Shown here: piece by piece, positions 42,883-53,114 of the stretch
Numbering within the stretch: the first letter of the stretch is position 1
Layout: every line of letters starts with the position of its first letter
Assembly (NCBI GenBank): GCA_977017575.1
Contig: CDRNVI010000006.1
Span: 124,001 to 188,000 of the forward strand
Source: Paramoeba atlantica
Taxonomy: Eukaryota > Protista > Discosea
DNA length: 64,000 nt
Direction of reading: 5' to 3'
Translations under genes and position numbers: made by a program
The notes under the pieces: generated by a model
What the model saw: the letters and a program-made list of their open reading frames with translations, nothing else
Databases searched by the model: none
Told to the model about the DNA's origin: nothing

Positions 42883-43311
42883 ATGATGAGCCCTGTTGAG
42901 AGCAACGAAGATTTCACTTCACGTATGAAGGTAACATCTGCGATGGATGACGTATACGACGTCATTGTCGCATCGCTTATGCGCACCTTCACGAAGCGCA
43001 AAACTCCTTTCGCCCCCCCAGCGCTCGTTATCACTGAGGAGGAGTTGAGAGCCAAGGTGGAAGAATGCATGAGGCGCGTATCGCGCACGATGGACAGCTA
43101 CTTACATGCCACACGCTCTGTGTTTGGCGTGGAGGTTAGCTCCCAAGTGCTGCAGCTTGTCATCTTCCACCTTGTGGAGCGCCGAGGACACCTTCTCTTG
43201 GATTGTCTGCCACGAGGGGTCTACTTCCTTGCAGAGGCGACGCGTGATCTGGAAGCTTTCTTGGAACAGAACCCTCTCTACGCCCCTCCTCATGGAGGAG
43301 CTGTGGAGTAG
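42883..43311 (+). CDS. Unknown 142-aa ORF inside the Harbinger-like element
   Basis: Clean ATG-to-stop ORF with normal composition; no motif recognised. Confidence 0.45.
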   Translation: MMSPVESNEDFTSRMKVTSAMDDVYDVIVASLMRTFTKRKTPFAPPALVITEEELRAKVEECMRRVSRTMDSYLHATRSVFGVEVSSQVLQLVIFHLVERRGHLLLDCLPRGVYFLAEATRDLEAFLEQNPLYAPPHGGAVE

Positions 43312-43665
43312 TTTGTGGAGAACGTGTGGCGTTCTGTTTCAGGAAAGCGTTCCAGATCATGCACTCTGTGGCGCAAACAGAAGAGTGTCCAGGGTAAAGA
43401 AAACGTAGCAGAGGAATCCCTTTCTTGTACGGTGATCTCTTCACCCAACTTGCGCACTCAACCTTCCTCGCTCCCTCAACCTTCGCTTGGGGAAGCCTCT
43501 TTGAAGCCACGTTCCTCTCGCGTGATGCGCTTTCCTTCCCTTTAGTTTTCCCTCGCAGAAGCGAACGTTTCCCCCCACAAAGCGTACGTAAGAGAAAAAG
43601 AGTTGTAATTCAAGAGAAGTGATAAGCTCGTTTTTTTTGAAGTTTGAAGTGCTAACCTTTATATA

Positions 43666-44594
43666 AACCCCTCTGTACCAATAAGGCACCCACCCTTAAC
43701 TTTTCAGACAAATCTCCGTTTGGGCTGATTTTTGTTGCATTTTGCAGATCTCAACATAAAGACTTTGCGCGTGAAAAAATGAAACAAAAAGAAACAAATA
43801 TGTATATTTTAGAGAAAGATTACCATTTTGTCACCTTTTCTCCGTTACTCGCCACACAAGCTTTGAGGCGAGCATCTAAGCTCAAAACCCAATCATAAAT
43901 ATAATCTTGAGACAGTTTACGCCAAGCTTTACGTACGCTTTTTATGAGATCTTCTTTATTTGCCGGATTGTATTCATCTACAAGACTTTGTACCATGCTC
44001 CACACGTTTTCTATTGGTGAGAGATCGGGGGAGTTGGGCGGCCAATTTTTCAAAAATTTCATTTTGTTGTCATCAAGGTACGCTTTTGTTTCCTTCGCAG
44101 TGTGAGGTGTTGCCCCATCTTGCTGAAAAATATAGTTTGGGGTGAATGGTACTTTTTTTAATGTTTTAATGTACGAAACACATGTAATTCAGTTGGATGG
44201 AAGAATAACAAAGTGTCTTTGGATTCTTTTTTTACTTCAGGGCTCAGAGTGTAAAGAATTTCAGGCGAATTGTTTTTCAAATATTTTCCAATATGTTTCA
44301 CATTGACATTAAACCCGCGGGCTAGTTACCTTATCGCAACCCCGTGGCCAAGCCTCATGCGCCATAACACTTTTCCACTTTCTGTAAGACCACCCCTGGG
44401 GAGTCAATACGTATTTTTTGGCATGAAAAGTGATTTTTTTAAAAAAATACATTCAACTTTTTTATATTTTTCGAAATGACCTAATGACAACGGGAACGTA
44501 CAGATCTCAAAATTTTGCACGATAAAGTGGATAACCCCCCTAGCCCCCCTCGTGCGAAAAATAAGGGTGGGTGCCTTTTTGATGCGGAGGGGTT
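43666..44594 (-). mobile_element. Internally deleted Tc1/IS630 element related to 21577-24171
   Basis: TIRs AACCCCTC...AAGGCACCCACCC, TA flanks, WPPNSPDLSPIENVW, shared TTTTGCAGATCTCA motif. Confidence 0.9.
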
Positions 44595-44630
44595 TATCAT
44601 TCTTTTTTTAGATATCATGCATCTTGTATC

Positions 44631-45729
44631 ATGAATAAGTTAGGTACCTTACCCATGAATGTCATCTTACTTTTTGTTTTCTCTCTAGGCGATATTTTAT
44701 CCTGCAATTCTATCATGTACGGCATTACCAGAGAGCAACTCACAGATTTTTTTCTTGAGCTGCAGAGAGCAAGTCCTCTTGTCGCCACGGACACTGATCT
44801 CAGACGCCTTATCTCTTCCTTAGCTATGTGCGCTTTGAACTGCACATGGGAGCAACTGTATGATTTACAGCCCATGTGGATTGCTCCCGAAACTCCTCCT
44901 CTATCCATCAGGACTCTCCGCGATGACTTTAGCCGCATCGCTGATCTTTGCCGCTCTCCTGCTTTAATGAATCCGAAACTTCGTTTCAAGCATGGGGTAT
45001 CTTGGATATCTGACGTGACATGTATGATGGACGTCACGACAATCCCATGTGGTGCAAGGAAACCGCGGGACGTATGGGACGAAGCCTCTCAAGAAATGGG
45101 AAAAAAAGATGCGACCTACTCCGGCAAGCACAGGGAACACTGTTTTAAAGTGGAGTTCTGGCTTACGCTTGCCGGAGTCCCTATTTTTTTTCGCGGACCC
45201 GTTCCGGACAGTGTACATGATGCGAAAATTTATAAAGAAAGAACCACGCACGGAACATTTCTTTTTGACCATCATGAAGATGAAAATTTTTTTGGCAGAT
45301 TTAGGATACGTGGGTTGCAACCACTGTTTTGTTCAATTCAAGGCACCACGCAAAGGTTGCCTTGATGAACACCAGGATCGGTTCAACCGCATGCATTCTT
45401 GGATTCGTTCAAGAGTCGAGCGTTGTTTCGCTCATTTCGATAAATTTCGTTTTTTTCATGGAACGGACCACGATATTACGTGGGTAAAGGATGCCGTTCA
45501 GATTGTATCTGTTGCAGTGTATGGTTTGCTTGCATCAGAACCCCAATACGACTTTGATAGTGAAATAAATGTACACTTACAAAATATCGATGACTCATCT
45601 TTTTGTTGGTGTAGCAAAGGGTGTGGTTTAGTCAAAACGATTGATGAACGGAGGGATTGGCTCAAAGAACACATATACGATGTGGGATATGTTCCCAAGA
45701 AACCACAGCATGGATCAAAAACTAAATAA
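44631..45729 (+). pseudogene. DDE_Tnp_4-type (Harbinger/IS5-like) transposase, frameshift near 45290
   Basis: MDVTTIPC, TYSGKH, SVHDAKIY, LADLGY, RSRVERCF. Confidence 0.85.
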
Positions 45730-46060
45730 AATTAAGTATCTAGTCGTTTTCCATGAATTGCGAAATGTAAACTACGTAGTCATATCGTATACATGGCTTA
45801 TAAATTTTTGTTATTATCGTATATTATGTACACTATGTATGTCGCACATTATGATTTCTCCTTCGATCTAACTATTTTTCTCCTTCAATGTCTGCAGCTC
45901 CGGCTAATTTCGCATGCTTTCAGAGGATTTTTTTTCAACCCGTGCCGAACCCGCACCGAACCCGCACCGAACCTGCGACCCGCAGCCCCTCATATATTTA
46001 TTTCTGTCACCTTTTCTAGAAAAGTAGCGACAGATAACTAGGGGGTGTACAGTACTTATA

Positions 46061-46330
46061 AACCCCTGGCGAAAATAAGGCACCCCCTGTAAAATTTCGA
46101 CGCTTTGCTTGTTTGAGCTAATTTCAGTGGCATTTTGCAGATCTCAGTTTGGGATTTATGTCCTCCGACACTTGGTCACTAACCTTATAAACTCCTAGAC
46201 ATGAAAAAGGCACCCCCTCTTATTTTGTGCACAACGCGACGTGTATAGGTCATGACACCACTTTATCGTGTAAATTTTTGAGCTATACACGTTCCCGCTG
46301 TTTTTAGCCCGTTTGGAAGGTCAAAAAATG
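46061..46330. mobile_element. Rearranged Tc1-family termini
   Basis: TA|AACCCCTGGCGAAAATAAGGCACCCC plus TTTTGCAGATCTCA, then the opposite terminus in reverse orientation. Confidence 0.65.
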
Positions 46331-46711
46331 AAAATATCCCCTTTTTTGTTTTTGTACGTATCGACTCCAGAGGGGTAGTCTTACAGAAAGCGGAAAGGTG
46401 TTATTGCGCATGAGGTATGGTCAGGGGGTTGCGAAGAAGCAACTAGTTCGCGAGTTTAATGTTAATGTTAAATATATTAATTAGAAAATATTTGAAAAAT
46501 AATTCGACTGATAAAAAAAACTGTACTCTAAGCCTTGAAGCAAAAAAACGAATCAAAAACCGGAAAAATCTCGTTACAAGCTTTATTGAGCCTTTAGACC
46601 TAGCAGGGGTTCCTATAAATGGATCTACTCGCAAGATTCGCGGAAAAATGTAAAGAAAGGGTATACACGTGTCTTCTAAAACTATTAATAGAGATATACT
46701 TACCCTCGGCT

Positions 46712-49080
46712 ACGGTTCGTATTTTCGGTGGGGAGAGATAGAAAAACCAGTCTACATTTGTATATTATAAATTTATGTGTTATTTTTATGTGGAATTTCC
46801 GATTCGATGTACTCTTCTAGCTATATTTTCCCAGGGTTCGCGGAAACTTTAAAACTTTAAATAAAGTACTTTATAGTAACTTTATTTTTTTAAAAAAAAA
46901 GCTTTATTTTACTTTATTTTTCCCCTCATTTTTTAAGGAGGCTGACGGCTCTTTAGCACATTTACTTTTTGAACATCCAATGTACAGTGCGGGGCTTTAT
47001 TACGTTACGGGTTAATTAAGGGTAGCTGTTCTGACGCTCTTTTTATCGCACTCGAGAGCCTATCCCACATTACATGAACCATTGCATCTCTCGGTCTTTT
47101 GCTGCTCCCTTGCATTGAGCTCGCAATGTTGTTAATAAACATATCCCTTATATTTTCATTGCGAAGAGATCCCCAAAAAGGTTTATTCGAATTAGATTCA
47201 TAAAAGCAATTTTCAATGCTTCCTGGATGAGTGTATTTTTACGGCCTGGCACGCATTTCGGGGATGACCCGCGACATATCTCCGCATTTCTGACGAAAAC
47301 AAAGCACGCAGCACGAGCAGAAAAAGAGTTTAATAGCTCAAGCGCTGCGGTCTCTCTCTCGTCGGAAATCAAGCATCGATGCGCTGAGAATTTACACTTC
47401 TGAGACCCGATCAGAAAAGGGAGTTCGGCGATCAAAGGACACAAATATGAAATTTCCCGATGCTTCAACACTAGTGCGAAACTTGCCCGAGACGCAGAAC
47501 CATACATCGCATTTGACTGTCTGTCACATTCGCGTCCTCCATTGAGGCTTCCCCCCAACTTCCCCACTCTTCTGGTCAGCTTCTTCGACGGGACGAGCCG
47601 CGCGATCGCGCCAGGGGGCATGAAATATGTCAGAATAACAAAAGGTTGACGAGGGCGTTCTCCCGGACCCCTTTAGATAAAAAGATAGATAGATTTTTCC
47701 AGCAAGGTAGAGCCGACGATGAAGAATCGGATCCCCACTTTTTAACGACAAACGCGTCTCCTGTAGAGCCATTACGGATACACCATAACTCCCCATGGAG
47801 TTTTGTAGACTCCTTCTACAGTCCAGAGTGTTGCCCCGCCAGATTTTTTGCCACGCCACCCGTCAGTAAAGTCCACTGTTCCACTAGGCAGCCGTATTCT
47901 GTCGCTTTTATTGAAAAATGAAAAATAAAGTTTTTTAAAGTTTTATAGTAATTTATTTCTAATGTATTTCTGAACGAGTACGAGTGGTGGTGTGGTCCCG
48001 GAAGTGAGATGTTTCCCTCTGTTTGCGAAGCGGCTACGCACTACGTATGGACGCCTCCCTTAGTTAACAGATGTGATTCGTGGCTGTCTATAATCGGGTA
48101 CATGTACAGTTCCAGACAGGCTTCCCTGGCTCCTGATGTCGTTTCTCACCAGATCTTCGTACGTGGAAATTGCGACTAATTGGGTTATATTCTTCCGGAC
48201 GAAGGTGTTTCTCAGGATGGTAGCGATGTTGAAGTATCTGATGTCGAAGAAGATGAATTTGTTATGCAGTAATGATTAATGCATAATATTTTATTGTTAA
48301 TATTAATGCTATGCATAGTATCACAGTATCATACACTGCCGTATAAATGTTTTCTATGTGGTGATTCTTTATAGTTTCACCTTAGTTTGCTAGGACTCGA
48401 GGGTAAACTCGACTGGCCAAAAAAAATAAAAAAAAAATGGTACCATTGCGGTGTTAGGGGGTAGGCTTCCGGTGGGCCTAGGGGGTTCACACCAAAAAAA
48501 AAATAAAAAAAATAGATGGGCGACACAAGCAAATCAGTAGAGGGAATTCTTCTTATGGAAGGAATTCCTCATCGCTAAAGATACCGTTTCTATACATAGA
48601 GCATTCTGTGCCAATCCTACGAATCAGCACACTTGAGAGGAAATCATTTTGTATTTAATGGCTAGTGCGCCGATGCGGGTCTGTGTGGGTCGGTGCGGGT
48701 AACTGGGTCACAGACCCGGGTAATTTACACAGACCCGCTAATGGGTAATTACCCATCGACCCGGCAGGGGTATGAGTAAAATAAAGTCAATAAAGTACTA
48801 TATAGTAACTTTATTCGCAAAAAGAAAACTTTATTTTACTTATTAAAATTTCTGCGAACCCTGTATTTTCCTTTGTTTCTTTCTCTGGATCATTTTCATC
48901 CTTTTTACTAACAACAGTGCGTTTTTCCTTTCCAGTTAAATGTTCTCCTAAATTATATGTCTATTGAGAGCAATGACGCATTGCAAGAGCGATTGACTGC
49001 TCTTGAGCCTGAGACAAGTGCCGAAGACAAACACTTTGATGTCATCAAAGACCGCACCGAATCCCCACCCGCAACCCCTC
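46712..49080 (+). mobile_element. Harbinger-like derivative carrying a CRE fragment, interrupted by hAT
   Basis: 46712-46831 plus 48864-49050 duplicates ~19957-20245; ends ACCCGCAACCCCTC (49067-49080), one mismatch to the 45978-45991 TIR. Confidence 0.7.
46832..48863. mobile_element. hAT-like non-autonomous element
   Basis: TIR CAGGGTTCGC(G/A)GAAA; 8-bp TSD TATTTTCC at 46824-46831 and 48864-48871; empty site visible near 20060. Confidence 0.9.
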
Positions 49081-49403
49081 AATTATTAACTGCCACTATG
49101 TGGGTGCCCTGCTTGTCTCAAATCTCGGCAACCAGATTCCCCAGATGGGGAAGGAACGCCGCGTGGCCCCGTAGAAGGGTCCTGCAGCGCATGGGGACTC
49201 GGAACCGTGTTCCGAGCGGGGCGGTCGGAAATGAAGAAAGGGAGGCGCACCCCTACTTTACGACAAGAGGGACAGTTCCTCTCCTAGCGCCATCCGGAAA
49301 CGGGCATTAAAACAGTAAAAGTATGCCCGTTTCCGGGAGAGAAAAGATGAGATAGGAAACAACAAGGTACAACAAGGTACAGAAACTGTATCTTTGTCAT
49401 AGC
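49081..49403 (-). mobile_element. SL-headed hairpin element, copy 2
   Basis: 34-nt relic GCTATGACAAAGATACAGTTTCTGTACCTTGTTG (49370-49403), its last 10 nt repeated in tandem, pyrimidine tract, 14-bp hairpin ~49293-49336. Confidence 0.75.
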
Positions 49404-49644
49404 TAGCAATCATTGCCAGGAAGAACGCAGAGATTGTTGGCGCCCTCTTCAATCGGTGACGCAAGGACGGTGTGCCTTGCGACCTCACGCAGGAGGTAGA
49501 AGCGTACAGGCTGGCGAACGCAGCCAGGGACCTCGAGGCCGACTTTATGAGGGTGCGAGATGACATCTCCGAGCGACTAACCCTACTCTGCCACGACTCC
49601 CGGCAGGAGTACAGAGAGCGAAAACTCGTCGAGGACAGAGCACA

Positions 49645-49990
49645 CACACATAAGTCACACACACACACACACACACATAAGTCACACACATAAACGGTGT
49701 TACAGGATAACATACCCCCCGGTATGTTATCTTGTTACAGGTACATGTTACAGGTATGCTAAGCTGTTACAGGTATGTTAACTTTTTTGCCACTCAGTTC
49801 TTGAGTGCTCATGTTGACAAAAAAATAGAAAAAATGATCAGTACTGCACATGTAAAAAATCTCAATTTATAAAAATTGACCCCTAAACTCCAAAATCCAG
49901 AGGGGGGGGTATGTTATCCACCCCTGTTCACGTTAAGATACCCCCCCCCCCGGTATGTTATCGTGTTACAGGTATGTTATCCCGGGCCCC
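49645..49990. repeat. CA-rich microsatellite followed by a GGTATGTTA palindrome cluster
   Basis: Hairpin GATAACATACC-CCCC-GGTATGTTATC (49706-49731); motif recurs near 49772, 49908, 49952, 49971. Confidence 0.8.
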
Positions 49991-50408
49991 CGTTTTCATA
50001 AGTCATGTATTTGTGGGAGAGTGTACCTTGACTAACGTACGTGTAAGCTATCTGAACACAAATCCGTTCACGAGCAGCTCGCGTGACCGCCTTTCACCTT
50101 CTCAAAGAGTACCGTCGCGGAACATCGAAAATCTCGGGTCTCCAGTGGACATCTTCCTTAGCGATGCACAATGCATGGCTCGACGAATTCCAAAGCATAG
50201 CCCTATGTGGAGGCGGCATATACGGGACCACTGAAAGCAGGAACATCGATGTAGACCCACCCCCACCCCCTCGAATGGACCCGCAAACACTTCCCCACGG
50301 GACCCCCCCACCAAACCCTCACGTAGACGCCTCCGAGCGAGCCCCCAGACGGGGGGTCGCACTTGCGGGCCCTAAACGTATACTAATAGCCGTGGACTCC
50401 TAATAACC

Positions 50409-50625
50409 GTGGACGTGGCAAATCCCTTGAACTGCATCGATCGCAATTGCATAGGGAAAGCGATAAAAGCCGAGTCGAAGTTCCGAGCACTGATAGGGTA
50501 CTTCCACTTTTGCTATACTGCACCAGGAATCCTACGCTTGCAAGACGAAGACATGATTCGCAGCACACTCGGAGTCCGACAAGGTGACCCCCTCGGACCT
50601 CTCTTCTTCTCATTAGGAACCTCAT
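50409..50625 (+). pseudogene. CRE-type RT fragment
   Basis: FCYTAPGIL...IRSTLGVRQGDPLGPLFFSLG. Confidence 0.8.
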
Positions 50626-50717
50626 TAGGAATTTTTGATGATGATATCATATCTTTTAAGATAGAGTATTTTGAGGATGTAACTAACTTGCGCATATGAC
50701 GCTGTTAGGTGCATCCC

Positions 50718-51674
50718 TTATGCGGACAGTGTCTCTGCATCGCTCCATTGCGGGGAATCACGCTTATGCCATAATAAGAAGCTGGAACGGATAGCAGCTC
50801 GGGAGAGTGACGCCCGACATTTAGCCCCCAAATCTTCGTCCCCTCCAAACAACCGATTAATATCCGCTGAGGAGGCTACCAGACCACCTCGTGCTCCAAT
50901 TTCGAATACGAGGAGGTACGTGTTCGGGTGCACTGTTCGTCGTTCGTGTAATAGGGCGTTGTACTTGAGGCGTTTATATTCATTTGCCTGCATACAGTTT
51001 TCTTCCCAGGGGACAGTGAGCTCAACGATGAATTCTGTACCGTCAGTCAGTGCAACGAATCCGTCTGGGCGTTGATGATTTGTATTGTTGTGCAGCCAGT
51101 GTGGTGGATTTCGGTGACCTAGTAGGTCAAAATGCTGGTATTTTGTATGCGGGGATTCTTGGATGCGTTTGGCCAGTTCAGCTAGCACTGTGTCGTGTCT
51201 GAGGGTATAACGCCCCTGATCAAGAGATGTTTTGCAACCTGAAATAACGTGTCGTACCGTCTGTGCTTCTTTTCCGCATACCACACATGTCGCATTTGAG
51301 AAGTGAAGGCCCCATGTCCGAAGGTTTGACTTTGAGGGTAAAGGAGTGGTAAGTAGAACCGAGGTCGCAAAACGTGTTAGCTTCGTGCTGTTCAGGTTGT
51401 TCAGTACGGCGGAAAACTCCTTCGCAAGTTCAGTTTCGGAAGGTGTTGTCCACCATTGGGCTGCGACCGGTGCTCGTTTCTGAAGGTCTTGTACAATTTT
51501 CGCTTCGTAATATTCCCGCATGATTTGTTTGGCGCGTTTTGCGTCGTTTAGATGTTGGAGGATTTCGCATGCTGGTCGTAGTTGCCCTCTAGCTCGCCTG
51601 TTTTGCTCCTCTTCAATGCGGGAACGTAGCGCTGCTTGGACATTGATGTCTCTGGATTTATTCATTTGAGTCAT
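50718..51674 (-). pseudogene. 3' end of an RLE non-LTR retrotransposon (HERO/NeSL-like)
   Basis: LPSKSNLRTWG, CVVCG...HVISGC, GRYTLRHDTVL, RPDG, VELTVPWEE, FEIGARG. Confidence 0.85.
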
Positions 51675-52026
51675 CGCGGTGGCAGTGCATTCGAACCAAA
51701 GCTTAGAGAGTGCTGTTAGGCCCCAACCGCGATCTGAGTACAGGACTTCTGATATCTTTTTGAGCTCGGTATCCTTTTGAGATTGATATTTCTTTGTGGG
51801 TCACATTCGATTACCTCGAACATTTTTTCGTCTCACCTTACTCGTACGTAACATATCCTAGTATGCACATATCCTAAATTTTGCCATTTTAGACTTTTTT
51901 CCGGATATATCTAGCGGTAGAGTAACGGTAATTGCATTATTGTTTACAACTATTTATTTGATCTATCTTTTTTTTACATTTGCTATCTGACAGTTTTTAT
52001 TTTCATCTTCGTCGTTCGTTCTATCT

Positions 52027-52779
52027 ATGGCAATCGGGAAAAACAAGAAGGTTACGGGGCGCAAAGGTGGCAAGAAGAAGACGGTGGATTCCATGTCGCG
52101 CAAAGAGTGGTACGACATTTTGGCACCTGTAACGTTTCGCAATCGTCAAGCGGCGAAAACTCTTGTGACAAAAACGTTTGGGACACGTCTCGCTTCGGAC
52201 AACCTCCGTCACCGCGTTCTCCAGACGTTTTTAAGCGATTTGCAGGATCAGCCCGAGCACGGACACGTGAAGATACGCCTTCGTGTGGAGGAGATAGTTG
52301 GAAGAAACTGTCTCACGCAGTTCTATGGCATGGACACCACCTCAGACAAGCTGCGCTCGATGGTGCGTAAGTGGATCAGTTTGATTGAGTGCGTTGTGGA
52401 TGCCACGACTAACGACGGCTATCGCCTCCGATTCTTTGTGTTGGCCTTCACTAAGCCTCATGAGAAGCAAGTGCGTCGCAATGCCTATGCCAACACTTCC
52501 CAAAAGAAGCAAATCCGTCGCCGAATCTCCAACATTTTGCGTGAACACGTAACGAAAACCGATTTGAACAACGTCGTACGCAAGCTTCACACGAAGACCA
52601 TTGTTTCCGAGATCGAGAAGAGTGGCTCGCAAGTGTATCCGCTGCAAAATGTCATGATACGGAAAGTGAAAACGTTGAAAACTCCTGCCGCCAATCTGCA
52701 AAAGTTGATGGACGCCCACGGCAATGACCTTCCCGCCTCGCGTGAGGAAATTGGAATGGCCGTCGATGTGGCAGAGTGA
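52027..52779 (+). CDS. RPS3A: 40S ribosomal protein S3a (eS1)
   Basis: MAIGKNKK...MSRKEWYD, GRNCLTQFYGMD, DGYRLRFFVLAFTK, IRKVKTLK. Confidence 0.97.
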   Translation: MAIGKNKKVTGRKGGKKKTVDSMSRKEWYDILAPVTFRNRQAAKTLVTKTFGTRLASDNLRHRVLQTFLSDLQDQPEHGHVKIRLRVEEIVGRNCLTQFYGMDTTSDKLRSMVRKWISLIECVVDATTNDGYRLRFFVLAFTKPHEKQVRRNAYANTSQKKQIRRRISNILREHVTKTDLNNVVRKLHTKTIVSEIEKSGSQVYPLQNVMIRKVKTLKTPAANLQKLMDAHGNDLPASREEIGMAVDVAE

Positions 52780-53114
52780 GAAGTAGCTTTGAAGGGCTTT
52801 CACGAAGATGACGTATCGTGAAACTAGAAAGCGACGAAGTATAAAGCGAGAAGAAATGAGAATCTAATCCGGAATATATAAAAAGCAAAGCAAAAACACA
52901 CGATATCTATTTTTTTTTTCCACGTCAAAAACAAAGCGAATCTTTAATTTCCAAAATAGCACATCATCCCACATAACCTCCTTTTCAATCACAACCCCTG
53001 TACTCCATTTATCCTCACACCTTTCTCACCCACCCACACTCTCTCTCAACCGCTTTCTTCCTCCTACCCCCCAATACCCCCACACGCCCCTTCCCTCCTC
53101 CCCCACATCCACCC

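Larger units (their letters stand above)
42615..45991 (+). mobile_element. PIF/Harbinger- or ISL2EU-like element with two ORFs
   Basis: 14-bp TIR GAGGGGCTGCGGGT; CCGAACCCGCA subterminal repeats; flanks lie in an AT run so TSD is ambiguous (AT or TA). Confidence 0.8.
42357..46052. mobile_element. TA-flanked MITE (~320 bp of its own sequence) hosting nested insertions
   Basis: TIR CTGTAC(A/C)CCCCCTAGTTATCTGTC; TA at 42355-42356 and 46053-46054. Confidence 0.85.

Noticed and set aside
49360-49403. Functional SL RNA gene
   Set aside because: No GT donor after the exon end, no Sm-site-like intron recognised, no tandem SL array; treated as a relic.
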